Positions 7,497 to 16,980 of a stretch of DNA of 32,000 nt are shown one piece after another (position 1 is the stretch's first letter; each line of letters begins with the position of its first letter). The stretch comes from Candidatus Saccharimonadota bacterium. GTDB taxonomy: Bacteria > Patescibacteriota > Patescibacteriia > 2-12-FULL-60-25. The position numbers were made by a program, and so were the translations under genes. The stretch covers positions 330,001 to 362,000 of the forward strand of contig JALHOH010000002.1 of the NCBI GenBank assembly GCA_022843095.1. The letters run 5' to 3'. The notes beneath the pieces are model-generated. The model was not told where the DNA came from and ran no database searches. It worked only from the letters and a program-made list of their open reading frames with translations.

Positions 7497-9137
7497 ATGA
7501 AACGCATTGTTGTCGTGGGTTTTGGCTGGGTTGGTCAGGCAAATGCCTTGGCACTCGCCCAGATGGGATATGACGTCGCGCGGTATGACATCGGACAGCC
7601 GACGCATCATTATGCGCAGCGCTTTTCGACGATCTATCCGCGCATCACGATCCTGAATCAAGTGCTCGCCTGGGACGCACCCGACGTCACCTATCTTGTC
7701 TGTGTCGGCGACCGCGTGTCAGAGGAGGGGGTCCAAGACGTGTCGCTCATTCGCTCCGCGCTCGACAGCCTGCAGTCCGCAAAAGGGACCATCGTTTTGC
7801 GTTCCACGATTTTGCCAAGCCATCTCAAAACGCTGTCGTTTGATTTTTACGTCCCGGAATTCCTCCACGAAAAATACGCTGTGGAAGAATGCATGGATCC
7901 TCCCTACTTTGTGATTGGATCCGGAACACGTCGCCAGAACATCCCCGTTCCACCGGTCCTCCAAGAATGGAACGCGCGAGCCGGGAAATCCTATGAGGGG
8001 GATTTTCATTACGCCGCGCACATCAAATATCTCTCCAATATTTGGAACGCGCTTCGCATCGCGTTTGTAAACGAGTTTGGCGATTTAATGATGGACGAAC
8101 GCCCAACGCCGGAAAAGCAAAACGAAGTGAATCGGATTTTTTCCTTTTTGTTTGAAGGGAAGAGCTATCTCCGTTATGGACGTGCGTACGGCGGGCATTG
8201 TCTCCCAAAAGATACGCGTGCCTTTTTAGGCATGCATACCGAAGCCAAGAACACGCATATTTTGCGCGGCGTTCATCTTTCAAACAAAGCGCATGCCGAA
8301 TTGGAGGCGCAATCCGCCTTTTTGCCTGAATGGTTTTCGGCGTGGGATCAGCTCCCCGCAAACGGGACCACTGCGCGCACCCAAACGCGCTCCGAGCGCT
8401 TGTGGAATACCTCCGCCATCCGATTTCTTCGGCGTACCCTGAAGCCACTCGCGCACGGCGTGTCGCGCATGCTCGTCTCCCCGACTCTCGAAAAAACGCG
8501 TCGAGCATGGGAACAACATGCGCAGGAGAATGCCCGGTATTGGTCGCACCCAAAAACACCAAGCGGACGCAATGTGGATGACGCCGAACTCACAAAAACC
8601 GGCGAAGCGGATGTGGAACGGCACATTGTGCGCAACACCGCCATCCAATCACGCTTAGGCGACCTTGGAACACGCTCCGTCCTGGATCTTGGATGTGGCG
8701 TCGGACGCATGACCCTCCCGCTTGCACACCACGTTCGACAGGTCTCTGCCGTGGATCTTGCGCCAACCATGGTGGAACAGGCCATCAAGCGTGCGCAAGG
8801 GACAAAGAACATCGCCTTCACAACGACGGATGGGCGAACGCTTCCGTTCAAGGATGGATCCTTTGACCTTGTTTTCTCCCAGGAAACGCTTCACCATGTC
8901 CCAACAGACGCGGATCTCTCCAGCATTTTACGTGAAATTCGACGCGTTCTGACACCAACCGGCATCGCGCACCTCCAATTTCGGACGGGCGCCACACCGT
9001 TCCGCTGGAACTGGACCTACGGCGTCGCCCTGTCCCCCGAACGCGCCGCCTCTCTGCTTGCATCGCACGGCCTCACACAAACCGAAGCGCGTGTGGACGG
9101 AAAACATTTGTGGATCACCGCGATTCCCGCAACCTAA
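7497..9137 (+). CDS. Fusion protein: N-terminal truncated UDP-glucose/GDP-mannose dehydrogenase-like domain plus C-terminal class I SAM methyltransferase domain
   Basis: ORF 7350..9137 trimmed to the ATG at 7497 (MKRIVVVGFGWVGQ). The N-domain (about aa 1-275) has LRSTILPS, PEFLHE and YGGHCLPKDTRAF. The C-domain (about aa 335-546) has VLDLGCGVGRM...AVDLAPTMV...DGSFDLVFSQETLHHV. Confidence 0.85.
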   Translation: MKRIVVVGFGWVGQANALALAQMGYDVARYDIGQPTHHYAQRFSTIYPRITILNQVLAWDAPDVTYLVCVGDRVSEEGVQDVSLIRSALDSLQSAKGTIVLRSTILPSHLKTLSFDFYVPEFLHEKYAVEECMDPPYFVIGSGTRRQNIPVPPVLQEWNARAGKSYEGDFHYAAHIKYLSNIWNALRIAFVNEFGDLMMDERPTPEKQNEVNRIFSFLFEGKSYLRYGRAYGGHCLPKDTRAFLGMHTEAKNTHILRGVHLSNKAHAELEAQSAFLPEWFSAWDQLPANGTTARTQTRSERLWNTSAIRFLRRTLKPLAHGVSRMLVSPTLEKTRRAWEQHAQENARYWSHPKTPSGRNVDDAELTKTGEADVERHIVRNTAIQSRLGDLGTRSVLDLGCGVGRMTLPLAHHVRQVSAVDLAPTMVEQAIKRAQGTKNIAFTTTDGRTLPFKDGSFDLVFSQETLHHVPTDADLSSILREIRRVLTPTGIAHLQFRTGATPFRWNWTYGVALSPERAASLLASHGLTQTEARVDGKHLWITAIPAT

Positions 9138-9142
9138 CCCCT

Positions 9143-10138
9143 ATGACCTCCATTCTGATCACCGGTGGCGCCGGCTTCATTGGAAGCCACCTCACCCGTC
9201 ACCTCCTTCAGACCCGGGAAGCAATTCGCATCACCCTGGTCGATAACATGCAACGCGCCCGCATGGACCAGGATCTGCAAACACTTCTCGCTGATCCGCG
9301 CGTGACGCTCAAACAACTTGATCTCACCGACTGGGCGAGTTACGTCGCGCTTGGAGGCCCCTATGACGAGATCTACCACCTCGCGGCCGTAAACGGGACC
9401 GATCTTTTTTATAAAATTCCTCACGAAGTCCTACGGATCAACACGCTTTCCATCCACTTCATTTTGGATTGGATGCGTCAGTACAGCCCGAACGGAAAAC
9501 TGTGCTTCACCTCCTCAAATGAAGCCTACGCCGGCGCACTGGAATCGTTTGGACAACTCCCGATTCCAACGCCAGAAGCCGTGCCGCTTGTGATCTCGGA
9601 TCCATACAACCCCCGCTGGACATACGCGGCATCAAAACTCATCGGCGAACTGTTTTGCATCCACTACGCGGCGTCGCATAACCTGCGCGCGTTCATCGTG
9701 CGTCCGCACAACTTCTACGGCCCACGCGCAGGGTATAACCACGTCATTCCGCAATTTTCCGAACGCATCCACAAGCGCGTGGAACCGTTTGCTATTTTTG
9801 GCTCCGAGGAAACGCGCACGTTCTGCTACATCGACGACGCGGTACGTGCGATGGCGCTTCTCATGGCGTCAGACGCGACGGATACGCGCCCGATCCGCAC
9901 GTTCCATATTGGCGATGAAGAAGAGATCACGATGTTGGATCTGGCCAAACGAATGTGCGCGATCGAAGGCTGGACCCCCGCGACCTTCGATGTAAAGGAA
10001 GCCCCCTCTGGAAGCGTCAAACGTCGCCGAGCCGCAATCGACGCCATCAAAGAAGCCGTTGGCTGGACCCCGACCACCTCGCTGGATGACGGCCTGCGCA
10101 AAACGATGGAATGGTATCGCGCCTTTCCTAAACTATGA
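9143..10138 (+). CDS. NAD-dependent epimerase/dehydratase (extended SDR)
   Basis: ORF trimmed to the ATG at 9143 (MTSILITGGAGFIGSH), 5 nt after the upstream stop. Motifs: YAASKLIGE (YxxxK), RPHNFYGPR. Confidence 0.85.
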   Translation: MTSILITGGAGFIGSHLTRHLLQTREAIRITLVDNMQRARMDQDLQTLLADPRVTLKQLDLTDWASYVALGGPYDEIYHLAAVNGTDLFYKIPHEVLRINTLSIHFILDWMRQYSPNGKLCFTSSNEAYAGALESFGQLPIPTPEAVPLVISDPYNPRWTYAASKLIGELFCIHYAASHNLRAFIVRPHNFYGPRAGYNHVIPQFSERIHKRVEPFAIFGSEETRTFCYIDDAVRAMALLMASDATDTRPIRTFHIGDEEEITMLDLAKRMCAIEGWTPATFDVKEAPSGSVKRRRAAIDAIKEAVGWTPTTSLDDGLRKTMEWYRAFPKL

Positions 10139-11292
10139 ACACCCGTCACATCGGTTACGTGACCACTTCCATCTCGACACATGCGGGATGGGATACGCTC
10201 TCAAAGGGGATCGTGAACGCCGTCGCAAAGCAGCACAAGACCACGGTTCTCACGGCGAAAGATGCGGAAAACGACACGACGTCGTATCCGATCCATGCCG
10301 TCCTCCCAACGGGCATCAGCTTTTCCTTGTGGACGCAGGCGCGCATTTTTGTGCAGTGCCTGCGTTTTTTGCGTCACGTGGATGCGATCCACGCCCTTGT
10401 CGAACCCTACGCCCCGGGTGCGGCACTTGCTGCCTGGGTCTTGCGCAAGCCGTTTCTTATCACCTTGGCTGGCACCTACTGCGTCATCCCGACCGGATCG
10501 CGACTACGGGATCGCATCAAACGACGGATGATGGTCGCGATGTATCGCTCTGCCTCGTTTATTGCCACTGGTTCGCTAAAAAATATCGAGCTCATCGAAC
10601 AGGTCGTGCCCCTCGAACAACGCTGGAAGTTTGTCCCGTTTGGCATCGATCTGACCGCCTTTCAACCCACAACAGACACCCGAACGGATACCCCCTTTGT
10701 ACTGACGGTAGGCGGACTCAAACCTCGCAAAGGGACGGATATGGTGGTGCGCGCGCTTTCGCTGCTCAAAGACAAGCATCCCAACCTGAAATACAAAATC
10801 GCTGGTGGATTTAAGCCAAACACCCCGTTTCTGGATCACCTGAAACGCGTCATTCAAGAAACCGGGATGGAAGGGCGCGTCGAAATTCTCGGACGGGTCA
10901 GCGATCAAGAACTCCGCTCGCTCTACACCCATTGTTCTGCCATGGTGTTGGCGGCCCAAACGGTGAACGGATCGTTTGAAGGGTTCCCCATGGTATTCTA
11001 CGAAGCACAGGCCTGCGGCGCACCCGTCATCGGAACCACGGGATACGGCTCGGATTACATCATTCATCCTGGAGAAAATGGATTCTTGATCCCCCAAGGG
11101 GTCGTGGAGCCCATCGCGGAAGCAATTGATGCGATTGTCGGCGATCCAGCCCTCCGCGCTTCGATGTCCACACGCGCCATAGAAGAAGCCGCTCGCCACA
11201 CCTGGGATCACATCAGCGTTCACTATTTAGCCGCGTACGATCGTGTATGCTCGACTCCTCCGGCGTCCAAACCTACTGGAAAGAACAGTTAG
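10135..11292 (+). CDS. Glycosyltransferase family 4 (GT-B, retaining type)
   Basis: ATGA overlap with the upstream gene at 10135-10138. C-terminal Glycos_transf_1 pattern: FVLTVGGLKPRKG...EGFPMVFYEAQACGAPVIGT. Confidence 0.85.
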   Translation: MNTRHIGYVTTSISTHAGWDTLSKGIVNAVAKQHKTTVLTAKDAENDTTSYPIHAVLPTGISFSLWTQARIFVQCLRFLRHVDAIHALVEPYAPGAALAAWVLRKPFLITLAGTYCVIPTGSRLRDRIKRRMMVAMYRSASFIATGSLKNIELIEQVVPLEQRWKFVPFGIDLTAFQPTTDTRTDTPFVLTVGGLKPRKGTDMVVRALSLLKDKHPNLKYKIAGGFKPNTPFLDHLKRVIQETGMEGRVEILGRVSDQELRSLYTHCSAMVLAAQTVNGSFEGFPMVFYEAQACGAPVIGTTGYGSDYIIHPGENGFLIPQGVVEPIAEAIDAIVGDPALRASMSTRAIEEAARHTWDHISVHYLAAYDRVCSTPPASKPTGKNS

Positions 11293-11966
11293 AAAAGGGA
11301 GATAACCCCTGTCATTACCACAATAAATGGCAGGATTCGTACGCATTCCGTGTCCGATCCCGTGCATTCCGCAAAACGGATTTCGACGGAGCGCGGCATA
11401 TTGTTGACCTCGGATGCGGGGTTGGCGAGTACACCAAACACATCGGGACGCTGACCTCTGCCGATATTTGGGGATTTGATTTTCCGTTCCTCACCGAAAA
11501 AGCCGCGGAAACCTTTCGCGAGACCCCACGCTTTCACTTTGAAGGCGCCTCGTTGCCGAATCCGCGCGTCATGGATCGCATCGCTGCGGCGGACGTTGTC
11601 TACACCACCACGGTGTACGTCCACCTGGCCCCGGATGCACGCGCGGCGTTTTTTGCGGCAATCGAGCGGATGCGTCCAGGTGCACGCGTCCTCCTTTTGG
11701 AATACGCACCAGATGTCGTCCCCGCATTCCAACAAGGACTTCCCCACAAAGAGGTCGAAACAGCGCGCCAAATTCAAGAAAAATTCGAACGCGCCGGATG
11801 GAAGCTGGAGGAAATCCGCCCCGTCAACTACATCGACAGCTTTCTCTTTTTCCATCTCGGAAAACACGCGCTCACCTACGCGATCACACTCGGTCTCGAC
11901 ACGCTCCTTGCTTGGCTCCGCCTCCCCCGGTCCAAATATAAACTGCTTCGCTTCGTCAAACGCTAA
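11247..11966 (+). CDS. Class I SAM-dependent methyltransferase
   Basis: Motif I HIVDLGCGVGEY, then ADVVYTTTVYVHL and PGARVLLLEY. It has a true ATG at 11247 and overlaps the GT4 tail by 46 nt. There is no in-frame alternative start after the GT4 stop. Confidence 0.8.
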   Translation: MLDSSGVQTYWKEQLEKGDNPCHYHNKWQDSYAFRVRSRAFRKTDFDGARHIVDLGCGVGEYTKHIGTLTSADIWGFDFPFLTEKAAETFRETPRFHFEGASLPNPRVMDRIAAADVVYTTTVYVHLAPDARAAFFAAIERMRPGARVLLLEYAPDVVPAFQQGLPHKEVETARQIQEKFERAGWKLEEIRPVNYIDSFLFFHLGKHALTYAITLGLDTLLAWLRLPRSKYKLLRFVKR

Positions 11967-11972
11967 TCTCCT

Positions 11973-13064
11973 ATGAATATCCCCTTCATCAAACCCGCCA
12001 TCGAACAGGAAGACCTGGACCGCATGCGCGATTCCGTTGCGTCGGGATGGCTTGCTGGTGGACCGTACATGAAGCAATTCGAAACGGCGTTCGCATCCTA
12101 TCTGGGTGCCCCGGATGCGGTTATGGTGAACTCCTGCGCCTCTGCCCTGCATCTCGCCGTCCATCTGGCCGGGATCGGTCCGGGCGATGAGGTCATCACA
12201 ACCCCGATGTCGTATGTCGCGACCTCAAACGCGGTGCTCCTTGCCGGCGGGACACCGGTATTTGTCGATATCGATCCTACCACCGGCCTTATCGATCTGA
12301 ATCTCATTGAGGCTGCGATCACCCCGCGCACCAAAGCCATCCTCCCCGTGCATTTAAACGGTCTCATGGTGGATATGCAGGCATTGGAGGCCCTCGCAAA
12401 AAAACACAACCTCCTGATCATCGAGGATGCGGCACATGCCGTGGAATCCAAACGCGATGGCATCGTTCCGGGAGAAAAAAGCTTTGCCGCCTGTTTTAGC
12501 TTCCATGCCGCAAAAAATCTGTCCTGCGGACAAGGAGGCGCCGTGGTTTCGCGAGATCCTGCCGTGAATGCCCGCGGCAAAGTCTTGCGTCGGAACGGGG
12601 TCGTGACGACCGAAACGGGGCGACAGATGGTCGACTTTGGATTCAAGTACGATTCGACAGATTTTCAAGCTGCGTTGCTGATTGGCCAGCTAGCACGCAT
12701 CACCAAAACACATGCCGCACGCTGGGAACGATTCCAGCGTTACGCTGAGGCCTTTCAACACCTCCCCAATGCCGTCCAGGCAGTTCCGCCAAACGTGGTC
12801 CATGCAGCGCACATGTTTACCCTCTGGACCGACGAAACGCGTCGTGACGGCTTGCGAAAACATCTTCAGGACGCCGGTATCGAAACCTCCGTCCACTACG
12901 AAGCCATTCCACAGGAGCCGTACTACGTAAAACGGTTCGGATTTACCCCCGGACAGTTCCCCCACGCCGAACGGATGGGCAAACGCGTGGTCACCCTTCC
13001 GTTGTACCCATCACTTACGAAGGATGAGCAGGACTACATCATCAAAACCGTTCTGGCCTACTAA
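11973..13064 (+). CDS. DegT/DnrJ/EryC1/StrS family PLP-dependent sugar aminotransferase
   Basis: FE..FA.YLGA...VNSCASALHLA...PMSYVATSNAV...IIEDAAHA...FSFHAAKNLSCGQGG (Lys in the usual PLP-Lys context). Confidence 0.9.
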   Translation: MNIPFIKPAIEQEDLDRMRDSVASGWLAGGPYMKQFETAFASYLGAPDAVMVNSCASALHLAVHLAGIGPGDEVITTPMSYVATSNAVLLAGGTPVFVDIDPTTGLIDLNLIEAAITPRTKAILPVHLNGLMVDMQALEALAKKHNLLIIEDAAHAVESKRDGIVPGEKSFAACFSFHAAKNLSCGQGGAVVSRDPAVNARGKVLRRNGVVTTETGRQMVDFGFKYDSTDFQAALLIGQLARITKTHAARWERFQRYAEAFQHLPNAVQAVPPNVVHAAHMFTLWTDETRRDGLRKHLQDAGIETSVHYEAIPQEPYYVKRFGFTPGQFPHAERMGKRVVTLPLYPSLTKDEQDYIIKTVLAY

Positions 13065-13066
13065 TA

Positions 13067-13094
13067 CAAACCCCCCGCCTGTGCGGGGGGTTTG
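13067..13094. terminator. Bidirectional hairpin terminator between convergent operons
   Basis: Perfect 12-bp stem caaaccccccgc / gcggggggtttg with loop ctgt. It sits between the stop at 13064 (+) and the stop at 13107 (-). The A/T ends of the stem supply short U-tracts in both directions. Confidence 0.7.
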
Positions 13095-13106
13095 TGATCC
13101 GTCCCT

Positions 13107-13796
13107 CTAGTATTCTGCCACGTCGCGACCAGAGACAAAGTCCACGGCTTGAATGCCTGGTACCTTGCGAACGGCATCCAAAAATTGATGGTAGGACTCC
13201 GGATGCTTCAGGCGCACTTTGTAGTAGTACACGCGATCTTGTTCGACGCCGGACTTCACCTGCAGCAGTGTTGCCCCCTCCACCCGTTCGCGGATCACCT
13301 TTTCCAGCTCCTCCGCATTCAAGGCGTCCGTCCCGGTAAACGTCAGCAAGAACGCATTTCCCACGTAAGCGCCAAATCCAACGCGATCAAGGAGAAGAAG
13401 CAATGCCGACAATACGATCGTGGAAACGATGGCGATGCTGTAGTTATTCGTCCCGATCGCCATCCCGATCGACAACGCGAAAAACAGAAACGTTGCGTCT
13501 TTTGTGTCCTTCACGATGGTGCGGAACCGGATCAAGGTAAACACCCCAAGCACCCCGAGGGCGCGGGTCAGGTTGTTCCCAAGAATCATCATAGCGGTCG
13601 CAGCGAGCACCGACATCATCACGAGCGAATACAGATACGATCGCGAGTAGGAGATGCTTTTATGCGTTTTGGTGTACACCCATGCGATCGCAAGGCTCAT
13701 GAGCGCCGTGAGCAGCAGGTTTGCCAAAATCACGGCAACACTCATTTCTGTAAGCGACGAACGGGCAGCGTTGAGAAGTTGATCCATAGAAATCAT
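13107..13796 (-). CDS. DUF4956 family membrane protein
   Basis: About 4 TM segments followed by a soluble tail. GVFTLIRFRTIVKDTKDATFLFFAL resembles the DUF4956 signature I recall. Its start overlaps the VTC stop (TAATG at 13796). Confidence 0.7.
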   Translation of the reverse strand: MISMDQLLNAARSSLTEMSVAVILANLLLTALMSLAIAWVYTKTHKSISYSRSYLYSLVMMSVLAATAMMILGNNLTRALGVLGVFTLIRFRTIVKDTKDATFLFFALSIGMAIGTNNYSIAIVSTIVLSALLLLLDRVGFGAYVGNAFLLTFTGTDALNAEELEKVIRERVEGATLLQVKSGVEQDRVYYYKVRLKHPESYHQFLDAVRKVPGIQAVDFVSGRDVAEY

Positions 13797-14497
13797 TAGT
13801 GAGCGATCGGTTCAAAGGCGCGCACCGCATCCGCACACAGCGTGTATTTGGAGTGTGTGATACGTTCCAGCTGATAGGCTCGAATAAACTGCGCGACCTG
13901 TTCGGGCAACAACGTGCGAAACTTCACCTCGACCAGCACCTGCTGCGGCCTCACAGAGAGACAGGGACGCGTGTTGTGCAAATCCGCCGATTCCGTGGTT
14001 TCGAGGTCATAGTCGAAGGTGATGCGACACTGATCCATCCGATCCAGATATGCGCGGCGCTTGTACCGGACCAAGAGCCAGGGGCGTAACGGGCGCTCGT
14101 ACAAGGACCGTCGAACATCCTCGGGAAACTGCTCGACCCCGGTTCTTCCATCGCGGAGAAAGGCACGCGCCTGATCGCGGGTCAGGATGGCACGCGTCTT
14201 CCCGGTCAAGGTATCCGTTTTATGCTTTACCTCTAGCCACAATCGATCACATTCGGCGAGATTCGGTCGATATCCTCGGAGTCGCACCTTTTTTCGATGC
14301 AAGAGTCCGCCCATTTTTTCGTGGTAACACGCGAGGTCTAACGTATCGAAGTACAAACTGGTCACGGGATAAGACGTTTCCCCGGCGGGCGTACTCGGAT
14401 CCCGTTCGAGGCCGATTTGCCGGACCAAATGTTCCAGCATCATCGCTTGATGGACGGTGAGCGGATACTTGAATTCATGTCGGTACCGAATGTTCAT
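13796..14497 (-). CDS. VTC domain / polyphosphate-polymerase-like triphosphate tunnel metalloenzyme (TTM) protein
   Basis: N-terminal RHEFKY (ExK of the TTM fold), VTSLYFDTLDL, HRKKVRLRGY, VEVKF. No signal peptide or TM segment. ATGA overlap with the CotH stop (14494-14497). Confidence 0.75.
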   Translation of the reverse strand: MNIRYRHEFKYPLTVHQAMMLEHLVRQIGLERDPSTPAGETSYPVTSLYFDTLDLACYHEKMGGLLHRKKVRLRGYRPNLAECDRLWLEVKHKTDTLTGKTRAILTRDQARAFLRDGRTGVEQFPEDVRRSLYERPLRPWLLVRYKRRAYLDRMDQCRITFDYDLETTESADLHNTRPCLSVRPQQVLVEVKFRTLLPEQVAQFIRAYQLERITHSKYTLCADAVRAFEPIAH

Positions 14498-16944
14498 AGC
14501 GGAGGCAACTTACGTACGTCTCCCCATGAAGGATCGAGCTCTAGTCCTGCGGGTAGATCTTGCGTCACCCCTTCCCCGCGAAACCCGGCCTGTGCACGCG
14601 AGTTCTGCAAGGTGACCGTCCCCCCATCCCGAATGTCCGAAGCATGGACGTTTGCGCCGATCGTCATCCCTTCCCCCACAAAATCCCCTCCGCGGACAAA
14701 CTCCTGCTTTTTTTGATAGCTACTGATTCCAAGCTTGTTCCCCAAAATCCGCGTATTTTTGAATTGGATCCGTGCACGATCCTTCACCTCAACCCCTTTC
14801 GAGCACCCAAAAATCTCGGAGTCTTCCACGACAATATTGCGTGACTGCTCACCAACGCTCATCCCCTTATCCCCGAAGTGGGCGATGCGGACACGTTCCA
14901 CCTTCACCCCGTCCACACCCGAAAAATCCACGCCATCTCCATTACTCCCACGTGCCTTCTCATTCACGAACAGGGAATCACGTAGCACGCTATCCTGCAC
15001 ATAGTCCAAATCCAACGCATCCGAACTGTTGTTCACAAATTGGAGATGCGCGAGCTCCGTGGTCCCGGCAGCCACATGCATTCCATCATCCCCGTAGGCA
15101 TCGGCAAACAAGGAATGCTCGACGTTGGATCGAATCCCGCGCAAATCAAACTGCGACGTGATAAACATCCCCTGCCACGGCCGATTCTTTCCGCCACGTA
15201 CCTCGAGATAGGCAAACTGACTTGGTGCTTCGGTCGCATCAATGACGGTAAACACCCCCCATGGTTCGCCCGGTTTTGATCCATCCCCCATCAATCGAAT
15301 CCGCGACGCAGAAGTTCCGCGCGCATCCACGGGGCTATACGAAATCAAACTGATCGCCGGGGCGAATTTGAGCGTCACACCCGGTTCGATCGTGACACGC
15401 AATCCCTGCGGAATGATGACGTCCTGCGCGATGCGATATTCCCCGGCGCGCAACACGACACCCACGGTTCCGGACGCGGCAAAAAACGGATACCGCGCCA
15501 AAAACGCCTCGCGCGTGGCAAATCGAGACGCGTATTCTTTAAACGTCTCTGGGTAGACGATCGGTCGCTCAAGACGCGCCGGCGCCGTAATCTGCGAAGA
15601 TTCCAGCCCATCGATCGTCGCGGCGAGCGTCTCAAAGTTACGCTTCAGCAGCTCACGATTCCGAGCGACACGCGCATCAAACTGCGCATCGCTTTCGATC
15701 TTTGCCTGGTCACGATAAAAATCTTCACGATAGCGCTTGACCATCGCATCGTACTCCGCCAAGTCCGCATCAAGCCGGGTCGGATCTTGCACATAAGACC
15801 TAACGACAGCCTTGAATTCCTCCAAAAACGCAGGATGACGCAAAATGCGTTTGACCAGCGCGTTGTGCTGATTCCAAAGGTCGGCCTGGGTCGCAGGCGG
15901 TTCAAACAATTCGACATCCCAAGGCAGAAGCTCGAATTTTCCGGTTTCGACCTGGAAAAACAACACCGTGTTCCCCGCATCTCCCGCGTGCGCCGAACCG
16001 GCAAGCGCATGCACCAGCATCCAGCGATAGGCTTTTTGCAAATCCACAAGCCCAGGAATGAGCTTTGCGAACTCCGCATCGTTCGTTCGTGTGACTAGTT
16101 GATGCAGTAGATCCATCTCCGGGAAGGGACCGATCGGATTTGCAGCCGTGTAGCTCTGCCATTCAGAAAGCCCCTTCACTGGATCAAATCCGTTCACCGT
16201 TTCACCAATGGATGGATCACGCAGACTCAAAATATTCCCGCTATCAAATCGATCCGCACGCGCCAAAAATTCCGGCGACCAAACGTCCGCCCCCAAATAC
16301 ACCCCAAAATCACGTTTATTAACAGAGAGCTTCACGAATTCAAACTGTGGCGTGAGTAGCCCAAGATCCGCCGCACGCATCGCGTTCAACGGTTCGACGA
16401 AATATTGACGATCTTCCGGCAAAAACAGGTTGTACCCCGCCATCCCACGGTAATAATGATCATGCGGGAATTTAAATCGATACCCCTTTTTTTCGTGCGT
16501 CCAGTTGGAATCAACCAGCCCCCGATACCGCGTCTCCACGGCCGAAATGTAGCCGTCGCGTTCATCATAAAAATAAGCGTCGCTGTACTTCTTCCGATCA
16601 TCCGTCATGTTATCGAACCCTCCGGTACGCGGATCGAACGGCAAAGAGGCGATCATTTCTTCGACATCCGTCGCATCAATCGCCAAACGAATTTCCCGAA
16701 TATCACTTGTTCCAAACCAGCTGCCGATATTTTTCAGGTTTCCAATTTTTTTTATTGAGTGCCACGCCGTAAAAAAATGACGTACGCGTGGATCGGTCAC
16801 GACAGAAGATTGGATGGATCCACGAAATGCAACCCCGATCCCGATGAGCACGATTCCAAGGACGGCCGCGAGCAGCACAAGCCGACGACGGAGCCGCGCC
16901 TGACTCTCCCCTCCCCCAAAATACAGCGGCAACTGGGTACGCAT
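14494..16944 (-). CDS. Membrane-anchored CotH kinase family protein with a C-terminal right-handed parallel beta-helix (PbH1) region
   Basis: N-terminal signal anchor RLRRRLVLLAAVLGIVLIGIGVAF. CotH-like region about aa 85-450 (KGYRFKF...YNLFLPEDRQYFVEPLNAMRAADLGLLTPQFEFVKLSVNKRDFGVYLGADVWSPEFL). Repetitive beta-helix-like turns about aa 495-785 (coords about 14590-15462; NNSSDALDLDY..., GDGVDFSGVDGVKVERVRI, GDKGMSVGEQSRNIVVEDSEIFGCSKGVEV). Confidence 0.8.
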   Translation of the reverse strand: MRTQLPLYFGGGESQARLRRRLVLLAAVLGIVLIGIGVAFRGSIQSSVVTDPRVRHFFTAWHSIKKIGNLKNIGSWFGTSDIREIRLAIDATDVEEMIASLPFDPRTGGFDNMTDDRKKYSDAYFYDERDGYISAVETRYRGLVDSNWTHEKKGYRFKFPHDHYYRGMAGYNLFLPEDRQYFVEPLNAMRAADLGLLTPQFEFVKLSVNKRDFGVYLGADVWSPEFLARADRFDSGNILSLRDPSIGETVNGFDPVKGLSEWQSYTAANPIGPFPEMDLLHQLVTRTNDAEFAKLIPGLVDLQKAYRWMLVHALAGSAHAGDAGNTVLFFQVETGKFELLPWDVELFEPPATQADLWNQHNALVKRILRHPAFLEEFKAVVRSYVQDPTRLDADLAEYDAMVKRYREDFYRDQAKIESDAQFDARVARNRELLKRNFETLAATIDGLESSQITAPARLERPIVYPETFKEYASRFATREAFLARYPFFAASGTVGVVLRAGEYRIAQDVIIPQGLRVTIEPGVTLKFAPAISLISYSPVDARGTSASRIRLMGDGSKPGEPWGVFTVIDATEAPSQFAYLEVRGGKNRPWQGMFITSQFDLRGIRSNVEHSLFADAYGDDGMHVAAGTTELAHLQFVNNSSDALDLDYVQDSVLRDSLFVNEKARGSNGDGVDFSGVDGVKVERVRIAHFGDKGMSVGEQSRNIVVEDSEIFGCSKGVEVKDRARIQFKNTRILGNKLGISSYQKKQEFVRGGDFVGEGMTIGANVHASDIRDGGTVTLQNSRAQAGFRGEGVTQDLPAGLELDPSWGDVRKLPPL

Positions 16945-16980
16945 AAAGCGGGAACATCTTAGAAGGGAGGGTTTTTATCG

